From: Squalus acanthias
Taxonomy: Eukaryota
DNA length: 64,000 nucleotides
Direction: 5' to 3'
Assembly: GCA_030390025.1 (NCBI GenBank)
Contig: JASTWF010000033.1
Location: 4,528,001-4,592,000, forward strand
In this document: positions 26,868-40,550 of the stretch, one piece after another
Layout: each line of letters starts with the position of its first letter
Numbering within the stretch: position 1 is the stretch's first letter
The notes under the pieces: generated by a model
Told to the model about the DNA's origin: nothing
The model's database searches: none
Seen by the model: the letters and a program-made list of their open reading frames with translations, nothing else
Translations under genes and position numbers: made by a program

Positions 26868-28059
26868 AACATAGAAGATAGGAGCAGTAGTAGGCCATTC
26901 GGCCTCTCGAGCCTGCTCCGCCATTCGATGAGATCATGGCTGATCATCCAAACTCAGTACCCTGTCCCTGCCTTCTCCCCATATCCCTTGATACCTTTAG
27001 CTTTAAGAAATATATCTAACTCATTCTTGAATATATTTAATGACTTGGCCTCAACTACCTTCTGTGGTAAAGAATTGCACAGGTTCACCCCTCTCTGGGT
27101 GAAGAAATTCTTCCTCATTTCTGTCCTAAATGGCTTACCCCTTATCCTTAGATTATGACCCCTGGTTCTGGACTCTCCGACCATCGGGAACATTCTTCCT
27201 GCATCTAGTTTGACCAGACCTGTCAGAATTTTATATGTTTCGGTGAGATCCCCTCTCATTCTTCTATACTCCAGCGAGTATAAGCCCAAACGACCCAATC
27301 TCTCCTCATATGTTATTCCTGCCATCCCAGGTATCAGCCTTGTGAATCTTCGCAGAACTCCTTCCATGGCAAAAACATCCTTCCTCAGATAAGGCGACCA
27401 AAACTGCACACAGTACTCAAGGTGTGGTCTCACCAAGGCCCCGTACAACTGCAGCAGGACATCCCTGTTCCTATACTCAAACCCTTTCGCATTGAAGGCC
27501 AACATACCATCTGCCTCCTTCACCGCCTGCTGCACCTGCATGATCTGGTGCACAAGGACACCCAGGCCTCTTTGCACTACCCCTTCTCCCAATCTATTGC
27601 CATTCAGATAATAGTCTGCCTTTCTGTTTTTGACACCAAAGTGGATAACCTCGCATTTATCCACGTTATATTGCATCTGCCACGCTTTTGCCCACTCACC
27701 CAAACTGTCCAAATCATCCTGGAGTTTCTCAGTATCCTCCTCGGAGCACACACGCCCATCCAGCTTTGTGTCATCTGCAAACTTGGAGATATTACATTTA
27801 GTTCCCTTATCCAGATCATTAATGCATATTGTGAATAGCTGGGGTCCAAGGACCGATCCCTGCGGCACCCCACTAGTCACTGCCTGCCACTTGGAAAAAA
27901 GACCCATTAATTCCTACTCTCTGCTTTCTGTCCCCCAACCAGTTCTCTATCCAAGTCAATACCTTGCCCCCAATCCCATGTGCCTTTACTTTACATGCTA
28001 ATCTATTCTGCGGGACCTTATCGAAAGCCTTTTGAAATTCCAAATACACCACATCCACT
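26868..28059 (-). mobile_element. CR1 (5'-truncated); an older CR1-type 3' fragment lies at ~26672-26867
   Basis: ORF 26954..27907 (317 aa) with [14 protein letters not shown]. Confidence 0.94.
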
Positions 28060-28385
28060 TGACCCCAGGTTTCTGTCCATGGGGGGTTTCGGGCGATGGG
28101 TAGAGTTTGGGGGGTGGGGGGCGAAATCATTCCCGCGGCCCAGGAAGCCCGGCCAGCCGTAGTTAAACCTGTAATACAATTTAAATCAGAGGCTGCCCGT
28201 CTCATTAAAATATTTACTTGCCAACCCGCCTCCTGGGAGCGTTTCGCTGCCCGGCCCCTGTCCCGTCTCCGTTAAACTCGGAAGCGGGCGGGTTGGAGGC
28301 GGGTTGGGGTCGGGAGGATATTGTTCAATTTTCACCTCTTTCCTGACCCCAATCCGCCGGTTTTTGGGGTGTTAAAATCCAGCCC
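28060..28385. mobile_element. truncated GC-rich MITE-like fragment
   Basis: Ends in GTTAAAATCCAGCCC|TTA, resembling the GGGxxxxAAATT-type TIRs; only one terminus present. Confidence 0.5.
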
Positions 28386-28459
28386 TTACTGTCTGGGCTC
28401 AGACACGGAGAATGTGTGATCAGTAATTTCCAGTCTCTTTTCCCTTCTGTGTTTTACAG

Positions 28460-29418
28460 TGAATTTGCTGGCGATTGTGATCCTGTCCCGGGGAAAGTGC
28501 GGGCTCTCCACCTGCACCACTCGCTACCTGGTGGCCATGGCAGCGGCGGATCTCCTGGTCATTGTCACTGAGGTCTTACTGAGGCAGATCAGTTGGTATT
28601 ATTTCCCATTGTCTTTCCTGGACATCACCCCTGTGTGTAGTGTTATCACTGTCCTGGCCCGTGCAGCCACAGACTGTTCTGTCTGGTTCACCGTCACTTT
28701 CACCTTTGATCGATTTGTGGCCATTAGTTGCCAGAAGCTGAAAACTAAATATTGCAACGAGAAAACTGCGGCTGTGGTTCTGTCAACAACCGTCTTTCTA
28801 CTCTGTTTAAAAAACGTTCCCGACTACTTTACAATTCAACCCGCGGAGATAATCGACAAAGTGCCGTGGTTCTGTTTCACAATCCCAAACTATTTCACTG
28901 AGCCCGGGTGGGTGGGATTTGATTGGTTGGATACGGTTTTAACCCCATTGCTCCCATTCGCTTTAATTCTGTTGCTCAACTCTCTGACAGTCAGACACAT
29001 TTTAGTGGCCAGTCGAGTCCGTAAGGGACTGAGGGGTGAGAGCAAGGGAGAGAATGGCAGAGACCCAGAGATGGAGAGCAGAAGGAAATCTATGATTTTA
29101 CTCTTCACCATATCCGGCAGTTTCATACTGCTGTGGATGGTGAATGTTATCGAATTCTTATATTATATCATTACAGAAACAAATCCCGCTGATTACACTG
29201 ATTCTTTATATATCTTTCAAAAAGTCGGATATATGCTGCGGAATTTAAGTTGCTGCACCAACACATTTATTTATGGGGTGACCCAGTCCAAGTTCAGAGA
29301 GCAGGTGAAGAGGGCGGTGAAATATCCGGTTACCTCAATTATTCAATTCTTTAATAATCAGAAACAACTGAGCGCAGCCCAGAGGCGGCTCCCAGTGTTT
29401 CCAGCCCAGGAATGTTAG
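28460..29418 (+). CDS. GPR139/GPR142-like class A GPCR, coding exon 2 (spliced protein ~341 aa)
   Basis: Polypyrimidine tract ..TTTTACAG acceptor at 28458-59; MAAADL (TM2), TFDRFVAI (DRY-like), TPLLPF (TM5), CTNTFIY (NPxxY-like); uninterrupted ORF. Confidence 0.93.
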
Positions 29419-29714
29419 ATTCAGCCCGAGACTGCCATCCACTGAATTACACCAGCAATCGCTGGAGATCTGAAGATACAGCCAGCGGCGGGCGAGCACT
29501 GTGTTTAGGACTCGGCGCAGTTTCTGACTGACATTTCCCACATTGTCTTTCGGGACAGGACCACTAGTTTGCTGCTTTCACTCTGAGCACTTCTGAAAAG
29601 AGACCCTTCAGCGATTGAGGGCAGCAATTCATTCGCAGCTTCCAGAGTGAGAGCCCGGTCAATAGGTAGGCAGACAGAGCTGAGCTGCAGTTCAGAGGAT
29701 TATATTACCTGGAA

Positions 29715-30190
29715 TATACAGCACACAAACAGGCCATTCGGCCCAATCAGTCTGTGCTGGTGTTTATGCTCCACACCAGTCTCCTCTCATGGCATCTACT
29801 TCATCTCAGCCTCTCAGAATATCTTTCTATTCCCTTTTCTAGCATTTGCTCGACTAATTTCATTCTGAAAGAATCCAAACTATTTTCCTCAACCACTTCC
29901 TGCGCTAGTATATTCCACATTCTAACAACTCTCTGAGTACAGTAATTGCTCCTTATTTCCTTATTGGATTTATTAGTAACTATCTTGTATTTATAACCCC
30001 AAGAGTTGCATTCTCCCACAAGTGTAAACATTCTCTCCACATCTACCCTGTCCGAACCATTCATAATTTTCAAGATCTCTATCAGGCCTCATCACAGTCC
30101 TCTGTCTTCTATAGCAGAAAGGTCCACCTATTCAATCTTTCCCGATAGCTGCAATCTTTCAGTTCTGGTGCCATCCAACTAAATATTTGT
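29715..30190 (-). mobile_element. old CR1 3' fragment
   Basis: ORF 29801..30073 TQRVVRMWN..VVE.NS. Confidence 0.8.
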
Positions 30191-30199
30191 AAGACCGAA

Positions 30200-30982
30200 G
30201 CTATTGGCCCCCTTCACAAACTCCGTTGCCAAGCCACCGACTCCATGCCTCTCCTTAGCACCAGTTTAATGTTTGCAACCTTGGTGTCTTATTTGACCAC
30301 GGGATGATCTTCCGACCGGATAAACACTCGGTCACCAGGACGGCTTAATTCCACCTCTGTAACATTGCCGAACTTCGCCCCTGCCGCAGCTCATCTGCTG
30401 CTCAAACCATCATCCATGCCTTTGGTCGCTCTAGACTTGATAACACCAACTCTCTCCTGGCCGGCTTCCCATCTTCCACACTGCATAACTTGAGCTCATC
30501 CAAAGCTGTGCTACCCGTAACCAAACCCACACCAAATCCCGGTAAACCACCACCCCTGTGTTCGTTGACCTACAGTGACTCCCGTTCCGGCAATGTCTCC
30601 CTTTTAAAATTATCATCCTTGCTTACAAATCCTTCCATGACCTCGCCCTCCCTACCTCTGCAAGCTCCACCAGCCCCACAACACTCCCGAGATCTCTGTG
30701 TTCCTCTAATTCTGGCCTCTTTCACATCTCCGATTGTAACCGCTCCACCATTGGCGGCTGTGCTTTCAGCTGCCTGGGCCCTAAGCTCAGGAATCCCCTC
30801 CCTAAACCTCTCTGCTTCTCAAAATCTCCCTCCTCCTTTAAGATGCTGCTTAAAACTTACCTCTTTGACTAAGCTTTTGGTCATCTTCCCTGATATCTCC
30901 TTATGTGGCTCAGGGTCAGGTGTTGTTCAATATCGCTCCCGTGAATCGCTTGGGTCATTTTACTATGTTAAAGGCGCTATAT
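30200..30982 (+). mobile_element. L2-clade LINE 3' fragment
   Basis: IHAF..SRLD..NSLLAG motif near 30410-30470; tail AAAGGCGCTATATAAATACAAGTTGTTGTTG. Confidence 0.75.
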
Positions 30983-33850
30983 AAATACAAGTTGTTGTTG
31001 TGAGTATTTTTTGCACTTTCTCCAGTTCTTCTATGTCCTTTTTATATTATGGAGACCATAACTCTGCACAGTTCTCTAAGTGTGACGTGACCCGGGTCCT
31101 ATACATGTTTAATACAATTTACAAAGTATTACAGGACAGAGACAGGCCATTCGACTCAAAATGTCATGTTGGTGTCCATGCTCCACACGAGCCTCCACCC
31201 ATCCTCCTTCATCTAACCCAGTAAAAATATCATTCTATTCCTTTCCCCCTTTAAATGTGTCTGTGCTATTCGCATCAACTGCTCCTTGTGGTAGCGAGTT
31301 CCACATTCTGACCACTCATTTGGTAAAAAGGTTTCTCCTGAATTTCCCTATTAGATTTATTAATGACTATATTAAATCTATAACCCCAAGTTCTGGTCTC
31401 TCCTGCAAGTGGAAACATCTTCTCTAATCTACCCTTTGAAACCCTTTCATAATCTCAAAGAACACTATCTGATTATCCCTCAGTCTTCACTTTCCTAAAG
31501 AAAAGAGCCCCAGCCTGTTCAGACTTTCCTGACAGGTAAACCCTCTTAGTTCTGGTATCATTCTAGTAAATACTGTTTGTACCTTCACCAGTCCCTCTAT
31601 GTCCTTTTTATAAGATGGAGACCATGTTCACAGTACACCAAGTGTGGTCTAACCAAGGTTCCATACAAGTTTAACATAACTTCTATTCTTTACAATTCTA
31701 TCCCTCTAGAAATGAACCCCAGTGCTTTCTTTGTTTTTATGGCCTTATCAACCTGCATTGCAACTTTTAGTGATTTATGTAACTGTACCCTCACACCCCT
31801 CTGTCACTCAAACGCGATTAGAACTTATTTTTTCCAAGGAGTATGTGGCCTCTGTATTCTTCCTATTAAAATGCACCACCTCACATTTCTCTATATTGAG
31901 GTTCATTTGCCAGTTACACGCCCATTCTGCCAGTTTATTAACGTCTTCCTGGATTTTGTCCCAGTCCTCCTCTGTATTAAGTATGAACCCCCATTTAGGT
32001 GGCATCCACAATGTTTGAAATTGCACTTCCGATTCCTGAGTCCTAATTGTTGAAGTAAATGGTGAACAAAAGTGTTCCCAGCACCGATCCTTGTGAAACA
32101 CCACTTCCCACCACTGGCCAACTTCACTTCTTTTGAATTCTATTGCCTTAGAAATAAACCCCAATTCATTGTTAACATTTTAATTGCTTTGCTGTCCAGT
32201 GATACTGCTTTTAATTATTTGTTCACCTGTAGCCCTAGAGCCCATTGCTCTTCTGCCACGTTCAGTTTCTTATTTTCTAAGGTATCAGTGATTATAAAAT
32301 CATGGAATGATACAGCACAGAAGGAGGCCATTCAGCCCACCGTACCTGTGCCGGCTCTTTGGTACAGCTGTCCAATTAATCCCACTCCACTGCTCTTTCC
32401 CCAGTATTTTATTTTACTTCAAGTATTTTTCCAAATCCCCTTTGAAAGTTACTATTAAATCTGCTTCCACCGCCCTTTCAGGCAGTGCATTCCAGATCAC
32501 AACAACTCGCTGTGTAAAACAAAAGCTTCCTCATGTTGTCTCGGGTTCTTTTGCCAATCACACTAAATCTGTGTCCTCTGGTTACCGACCCCACTGCCAC
32601 TGGAAACAGTTGCTTCTTAATTACTCTATTAAATCTATTTAGGCTTTTGAATACCTCTATCAAATCTCCTCTTAACTTCCTCTGCTCAAATCAGAACAAT
32701 CCCAGCTTCTCCAGTCTCTCCATATAACTGAAGTCCCTTGTCCCTGGTACCACTCTGGTAAATCTCTTCTGCACACGCTCCAAGGCCTTAACATTTTTCT
32801 AAAGTGCGGTGCCCAGAATTGGACACAATGCTCCAGCTGAAGCCTAATCAGTGCTTATTAAAGTTTTAGCATCACTTCCTTTCTGTGTATTCTGCTGATT
32901 ATTAATAAAGCAAAGGATCCCGTCTGCCTTATTATCTTATATCCCAACTTATTCGGCCGCTTTCAAAGACTAGTGTACATACGTGCCGAGGTCTCACTGT
33001 TCTGCACTCCCTTTAAAATTGTATCATTTTGTCCACATTGCCTTTCCTTCATTTTTCACTTCACAATTCTCTGTGCTAAATCGAATCTTCCAAGTGTCTG
33101 CCTAATTGAATCAGAGTTCGGGTTACGCTGTAAGCAAAGGGATTGGATTCTGAACGAAACACCATCAGGGGAGTGTAGAATCATGTCAGGGACTTCTCTG
33201 AAGCTCTCAGACCCTCCAGCCTGAGGAACATTTTATAAGGGTCAAGACACAGACAAATTTGCTTGTCATTTAGGGTCGTGCTTTCGGCTCCAACGATATT
33301 TTATTATGTTAATGCAAAATATTCCAGTAAACTGAGTAAGGAGATAACTGTATAGGCAGGAATGAGGGTCAGTTAGAAGGTGTTGTATGAATGACTTTTT
33401 AACCGCAGGTCAGCCATGATCGTATTGAATGTTGGAGCAGGATCGAAGGGCCGGAAGTCCTACTCCTATTCCTGATCCTATTTCTTATGCTCTCATGTTG
33501 ACCAGTCAGTCTACGTACTCCTGAAGTCTATTATTATCCTCCTCATTGTGTTCTACATTTCCGAGTTTCGATGCCCTGTATACCCAACTCTAGGTCATTA
33601 AAATATATCAAAGAGAGCACTGGTCCTAATAGCTACCCCTGGGGAACAACACTGTGTACTTCCCTCCAGTCGGAAAAACAACCCGTCACCACTACTCTCT
33701 GCTTTCTGACCCTTAGCCAATTTTGTATCCATGCTGCCCTGTCCCATTAATCCCTTGGGCTAAAATGTTATGACCAGGTATGTCACGTGGTAGCTTGTCA
33801 AACGCCTTTTGAAAGTCCATACACACACCAAGCGCACCAACCTCATGATG
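30983..33850 (-). mobile_element. cluster of nested, degraded CR1 fragments
   Basis: Several rc CR1 3' ends and RT remnants (e.g. WQMNLNIEKCEVVHF at 31808..32164; 32478..32663). Confidence 0.75.
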
Positions 33851-34211
33851 TTTATATTTTCGTACCAAAGTGCATCACCTCGCATTCATCGATGTATGTT
33901 TTCTAATTCCTATTGTGAGATGTCATGTAGAGAAATGTATCTTCAATATTTGAAGCAAATTATCAGTTTATTGAATAAAAAACAATAATAATAAATAAAG
34001 GCAACCATCCACAACTGTGTGTGGTTTTGCAATGTTATCAGAAAATCTGAGGATTTATTGCAGAGTAAACTCCTGGCTTGTCACATTGTACTAATGCTTT
34101 TGGAAGAAGTTGGCGAAGATATAATTTATTACAATCAACAGAATTGCTCTTCTGTATGCTTCTGCCTCACTTTCTAACTTTCGAAATCTATTTATGCATC
34201 GAACATCCTAA

Positions 34212-36405
34212 ACCCCACCCCACTCCACCTAATATCCTCAGCTCCTCCCCACCCCACCTAATATCCTCAGCTCCTCCCCACCCCACCTAATATCCTCAGC
34301 TCCTCCCCACCCCACCTAATATCCTCAGCTCCTCCCCACCCCACCTAATATCCTCAGCTCCTCCTCACCCCACCAAATATCCTCAGCTCCTCCTCACCCC
34401 AACTAATATCCTCAGCTCCTCCCCACCCCAACTAATATCCTCAGCTCCTCCCCACCCCACCTCATATCCTCAGCTCCTCCACACTCCACCTAATATCCTC
34501 AACTCCTCCCCACCCCACCTAATATCCTCAGCTCCTCCTCACCTCACCGAATATCCTCAGCTCCTCCCCTCCCCACCTAATATCCTCAGCTCCTGCCTCC
34601 CCACCTAATATCCTCAGCTCCTCCCCACTCCACCTAATATCCTCAGCTCCTCCCCACCCCACCTAATATCCTCAGCTCCTCCCCACCCCACCTAATATCC
34701 TCAGCTGCTCCCCACTCCACCTAATATCCTCAGCTCCTCCCCACCCATCTAATATCCTCAGCTCCTCCCCACCCACCTAATATCCTCAGCTCCTCCCAAC
34801 CCACCTAATATCCTCAGCTCCTCCCCACGCCACCTCATATCCTCAGCTCCACCCCACCCCATCTAATATCCTCAGCTCCTCCCCACCCCACCTAATATCC
34901 TTAACTACTCCCCACCCCACCTAATATCCTCAGCTCCTCCACACCCCAACTAATATCGTCAGCTCCTCCGCATCACACCTAATATCCTGAGCTCCCAACC
35001 CACCCCATCTAATATCCACAGCTCCTCCCCACCACACATAATATCCTCAGCTCCTCCCCACCCCACCTAATATCCTCAGCTCCTCCCAACCCCACCTAAT
35101 ATCCTCAGCTCCTCTGCACCACACCTAATATGCTCAGCTCCTCACCACTACACCTAATATCTCAGCTCCTCCCGACCCCACCTAATATCCTCAGCTCCTC
35201 TCCATCCTACCTATTACCCTCAGCTCCTCACCACCCCACCTAATATCCTCAGCTCCTCCTCACCCCACCTAATATCCTCAGCTCCACCCCACCCCACCTA
35301 ATAACCTCAGCTCCTCCTCACCCCACGTAATATCCTCAGCTCCTCCTCATCCCGCCTAATATCCTCAGCTCCTCCCCAGCCCAACTAATATCCACAGCTC
35401 CTCCCCACCCCACCTCATATCCTCAGCTCCTCCCCACCCCACCTAATATCCTCAGCTCCTCCCCACCCCACCTAATATCCACAGCTCCTCCCCACACCAC
35501 CTAATATCCTCAGCTCCTCCCCACTCCACCTAAAATCCTCACTCCACCCCCCCCCCACCTAATATCCTCAGCTCCTCCTCACCCGACCTAATATCCTCAG
35601 CAACTCCCCACCCCACCTAATATCCTCAACTCCTCACCACCCCACCTAATATCCTCAGCTCCTCCCCACCCCACCTAATATCCACAGCTCCTCCCCACCC
35701 CACCTAATATCCTCAGCTCCTTCCCACTCCACCTAAAATGCTCAGCTCCACCCCACCCCACCTAATGTCCTCAGCTCCTCCCCACCTCACCTAATATCAT
35801 CAGCTCCTCCCCACCCCACCTAATATCCTCAGCTCCTCCCCAACCCACCTAATATCATCAGCTCCTCCCCATCCTACCTATTACCTTCAGCTCCTCCCCA
35901 CCCCAACTAATATCATCAGCTCCCCCCACCCCACCTAATATCCTCAGCTCCTCCCCACAACACCTAATATCCTCAGCTCCTCCACACCCCACCTAATATC
36001 CTCAGCTCCTCCCCACCCCACCTAATATCCTGAGCTCCTCCCCACCCCACCTATTATCCTCAGATCCTCCCCACCCCACCTAATATCCTCAGCTCCTCCC
36101 CACCCCACCAATATCATCAGCACCTCCCCACCCAACCTAACATCGAAAACTTCTACCAACCCTCACCTGTAATCCACAGCTCCTCCAGAATTCAACCAAT
36201 ATACTGAGCTCCTCCCCACCATACCTAATATCCTCAGCTCAACCCCACCCCAACTCATGTACTCAGCTCCACCCTACCCCACCTAATATCCACAGCTCCT
36301 TCCCAACCCACATAATATCCTCAGCTTCTCCCCAGCTCACCTAATATAATCAGCTCTTCCCCAAACCACGTAATGTCCATTGCTCACTCCCCACCCAAAC
36401 TAATT
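34212..36405. repeat. 29-bp C-rich minisatellite (CCTAATATCCTCAGCTCCTCCCCACCCCA)n, block 1
   Basis: Direct tandem repeats. Confidence 0.96.
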
Positions 36406-39400
36406 TAGTTATACAGCACAGAAACAGGCATTCAGCCCGTCGTGTCCGCGCCGGCCATCAAGCTATGTCTATTCTAATCCCATTTTCCAGCTCTTGTTCC
36501 GTAGCCTTGTATTCTATGGCGTTTCAAGTGCTCATCTAAATGATTCTTGAATGTAGTGAGGTTTCCTGCCTCTACCAACCTTTCACGCAGTGAGTTCCAG
36601 ATTTGAACCACCCTCTGGGTGCAAAAGTTTTTCCTCAAATCCCCTCTGAACCTCCTGCCCCTTACCTTGAATCTATGCCCCCTTGTTATTGACCCCTCTA
36701 CTAAGGGGAAATATTCGTTTCTATCTACCCTATCTATGCCCCTCATAATTTTGTGCACCTCAATCAGGTCCCCCCTCAGTCTTCTCTGCTCTATAGAAAA
36801 CAACCCAAGCCTGTCAAGTCTCTCTTCATAGCTGAAGCGCTGCAGCCCAGGTAACATCGTGGTGAATCTCCTCTGCACCCACTTCAATGCAATCACATCC
36901 TTCCTACAGTATAGCGTCCAGAACTGCACACTGTATTCCAGCTGTGGCCTAACTAGTATTTTGTACAGCTCCATCATAACCTCCCTGCTCTTATATTCTA
37001 TGCCTCGGCTAATGAAGGCAATTATCCCATATGCTTTTTTAACCACCTTGTCAACCTGTCCTGCTGCATTCAGGTATCTATGTACATGCACGTCAAGGTC
37101 CCACTGATCCTACCATTCATTGTGTATTCCCTTGCCTTGTTAGTCCTCCCAAAATGCATCACCTCACACTTTTCAGGGTTAATTTCCAGTTGCCACTGTT
37201 CTGCCCATCTGACCAACCCGTCTATATCGTTAAGTAGCCTGAGGCTTCCCTCCTCGCTATTTACCACCCCACCAATTTTCGTGTCATCTGCGATCTTACT
37301 GATCATACCTCTTCCATTCATATCGAATTCATTAATGTACACTACAAATAGCAAAGTACCCAGCGGCGAACCCTGCGGTACACCACTGGATACAGGCTTC
37401 CAGTCACAAAAACAACCTTCGACCATCGCCCCCTGCCTCCTGCCACTCAGCCAATTTTGGATCCAATATGCCAAGTTGCCCTGGATCCCATGGGCTCTTA
37501 CCTTCTTGACCAGTCTCCCTTGCGGGACTTTGTCAAATGCCTTACTGAAGTCCATGTAGATCACATCAACTGCACTACCCTCATCCAAACAACTAGTCAC
37601 CCCCTCGAAAAATTCAATCAAATTGGTCAGACATGATCTCCCCCAGACAAAGCCATGCTGACTATCCTTGATTAATCCTAGCCGGTGTTATTTCATGCCC
37701 CCTCTTCGCTCTCCTAATTTCTTTTTTAGGCACCCCCCTGCACTTTCTATACTCCTCTAGGGCTTCCACTATTTTCAGTCCTTTGTATCTGCCAAAAGCC
37801 TCCCTTTTTTTCCTAATCCATTCTCGTATATCCCGTGACATCCAAGGTTCCCTGGGCTTGTTGGTCCCACCCTTGACTTTTATGGAACATGTTGGCGTTG
37901 TACTCTCTCTATTTCCTTTCTGAAAGACTCCCACTGCTCTGATGTGGATTTTCCTACAAGTAGCTGATCCCAGTCCACTTTGCCGAGATCCTGCCTTATC
38001 ATATTAAAATCGGCCTTCCCCCAATTTAGAACATTTATTTCCGGTCCATCTTTGTCCTTTTCCATGACTACCTTAAATCTCACCGAATTATGGTCACTGT
38101 CACCAAAATGCTCTCCTACTAACACTTCTACCACTTGCCCGGCTACATTCCCTAGAATTAGGTCCAGTACTGCCACCTCTCTTGAAGGACTTTCTACATG
38201 CTGGCTCAAAAAGCTCTCCTGGATGCACTTTAAGAATTCCGCACCCTCTAAGCCTTTGACACTCTGACTATGCAAATTAATATTGGGGAAGTTGAAATCC
38301 CCGACTATTATTAACCTATTATTTGTACACTTCTCTGAGATTTGCCCGCATATCTGTTCCTCTATCTCCCCCTGACTGTCTGGGGGCCTATAGTACACTC
38401 CCAGCAAAGTGCTTGCCCCCTTTTTGTTTTTAAGTTCTACCCATATGGCCTCATTAGAGGGACCTGCTAAGATATCATCCCTCCTTACAGCAGTAATTAA
38501 CTCCTTGATTAATATTGAGACACCTCCTCCTCTTTTACACCCGCCTCTGTCTCGCCTGAAGATTCTATACCCCAGAATATTGAGCTGCCAGTCCTGCCCC
38601 TCCATCAACCATGTCTCTGTTATAGCAACAATATCATACTCCCATGTGTTCATCAACACCTTCAATTCATCTGCCTTACTCGCAAGACTCCTTGCGTTCA
38701 AATAAATGCCATCCAGCCTTGCCATACTCCCTTGTGTCGTTACATATTTGCTCTGCATTCCAGACTGATTTGTTTTTTCAGCTATATTTGGCTGTGCATC
38801 ACCCCCTACTAGAGCTCCACTCCGTATCCCATCCCCCTGCCGACTTAGTTTAACACCCACTCCCCCGCACCCCAACAGTACTAGTAAACCTCCACGCAAT
38901 TATGTTGGTCCCGTTCCGGTTCAGGTGCAACCCGTCCGACTTGTACAGGCCCAACCTTCCCTGAAGCAGACCCAGTGATCCAGGAAACTAAAGCCCTCCC
39001 TCCTGCACCAACTCTTTAGCAACGCATTCATCTGCTCTATCCTCCTATTCCTATACCCACTAGCACGTGGCAACGGGAGTAATCCAGAGATTGCAAACTT
39101 TGAGGTCCTGCTATTAAATCTGTTCCCTAGCTCCCTAAATTCTTGCTGCAGGACCTCATCCCTCTTTCTACCCATGTCGTTGGTACAAATGTGAACCACG
39201 ACCTCTGGCTGTTTGCCCTCCCCCTTCAGAATGCCCTGCAACGTTCAGTGACATCCTTGACCCTGGGACCAGGGAGGCAAAATAGCATTCTGGAGTCACG
39301 TCTGCGGCCACAGAAACGTCTATCTGTTTCCCTTACGATAGAATCCCCTATCACTATTGCTCTCCCACTCTTTTTCCTCCCCTCCTGTGCAGCTGAGCCA

Positions 39401-39535
39401 CTCGTAGAGCCACGGACTTGGCTCTTGCTGCATTCCCCTGAGAAACCATCTCCCCCATCAGTATCCAAAACGGAAAATCTGTCGGAGAGGGAGATGGACC
39501 CAGGGGACTAATGCACTACCTTCCTATTTCTTTTA
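36406..39535 (-). mobile_element. near-full-length CR1 (ORF1 esterase, APE, RT) with 542-bp internal deletion; duplicate copy A
   Basis: VIGDSIVR (39226..39468); YLNARSL, VAITETWL, GDFNFP, SDH (37880..38899); RT 37070..37621. Confidence 0.95.
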
Positions 39536-40550
39536 CTCAGCTCCTCCCCACCCCATCTAATATCCTCAGTTCTCCCCACCCCATCAAATATCCTCTGCAC
39601 CTCCCCACCCCACCTAATATCCTCAGCCCCTCTCCACCGCTCCTAATATCCTCAGCTCCTCCCACACCAAATAATATCCTCAGCTCCGCTCCAGCCCACC
39701 TAATATCCTCAGCTCCTCCCCACCCCACTTAATATCCTCAGCTCCTCCCCACCCCTCCTAATATCCGCAGCTCCTCCCCACCCCACCTAATATCCTCAGC
39801 TCCTCCCCACCCCACCGAATATCCTCAGGTCCCCCCCCCACCCCACCTAATATGCTCAGCTCCTCCCCACCCCACCTAATATTCTCAGCTCCTTTCCACC
39901 CCACCTAATATCCTCAGAACCTTCCCACCCCACCTAATATCCTCAGCTCCACCCCACCACAACTAATATCCTCACTACCTCCTTATCTCAACTAATATTC
40001 TCAGCTCCTCCCCACCCCACCTAATATTCTCAGCTCCTTTCCACCCCACCTAATATCCTCAGATCCTCCCCACCCCACCTAATATTCTCAGCTCCTCCCC
40101 ACCCCACCTAATGTCATCAGCTCCTCCCCACCCCACCTAATATCTTCAGCTCCTCCCCACCCCACCTAATATTCTCACCTCCTTTCCACCCCACCAAATA
40201 TCCTCAGATCCTCCCCACCCCACCTAATATCCTCAGCTCCTCCCCAAACCACCTAATGTCATCAGCACCTCCCCACCTAACCTAACATCAAAAACTTCTG
40301 CCAACCCTCACCTGTAATCCACAGCTCCTCCAGAATTCATCCAATATCCTGAGCTCCTCCCCACCACACCTAATATCCTCAGCTCAACCCCGCCCCATCT
40401 CATATACTCAGCTCCACCCCACCCCACTTAATATCCACAGCTCCTTCCCAAACCACATAATATCCTCAGCTTCTCCCCAGCTCACCTAATATACTCAGCT
40501 CTTCCCCAAACCACCTAATGTCATTAGCTCCCTCCCCACCCCAACTAATA
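39536..40550. repeat. 29-bp minisatellite block 2
   Basis: Direct tandem repeats. Confidence 0.95.

Noticed and set aside
28459..28461. GTG start making the GPCR a single-exon gene
   Set aside because: The G is the last base of an AG splice acceptor; TM1 is incomplete without exon 12832-12898
34212..36405. Telomeric repeat (CCTAA-containing)
   Set aside because: Unit is 29 bp, not (CCCTAA)n; only a short motif resemblance
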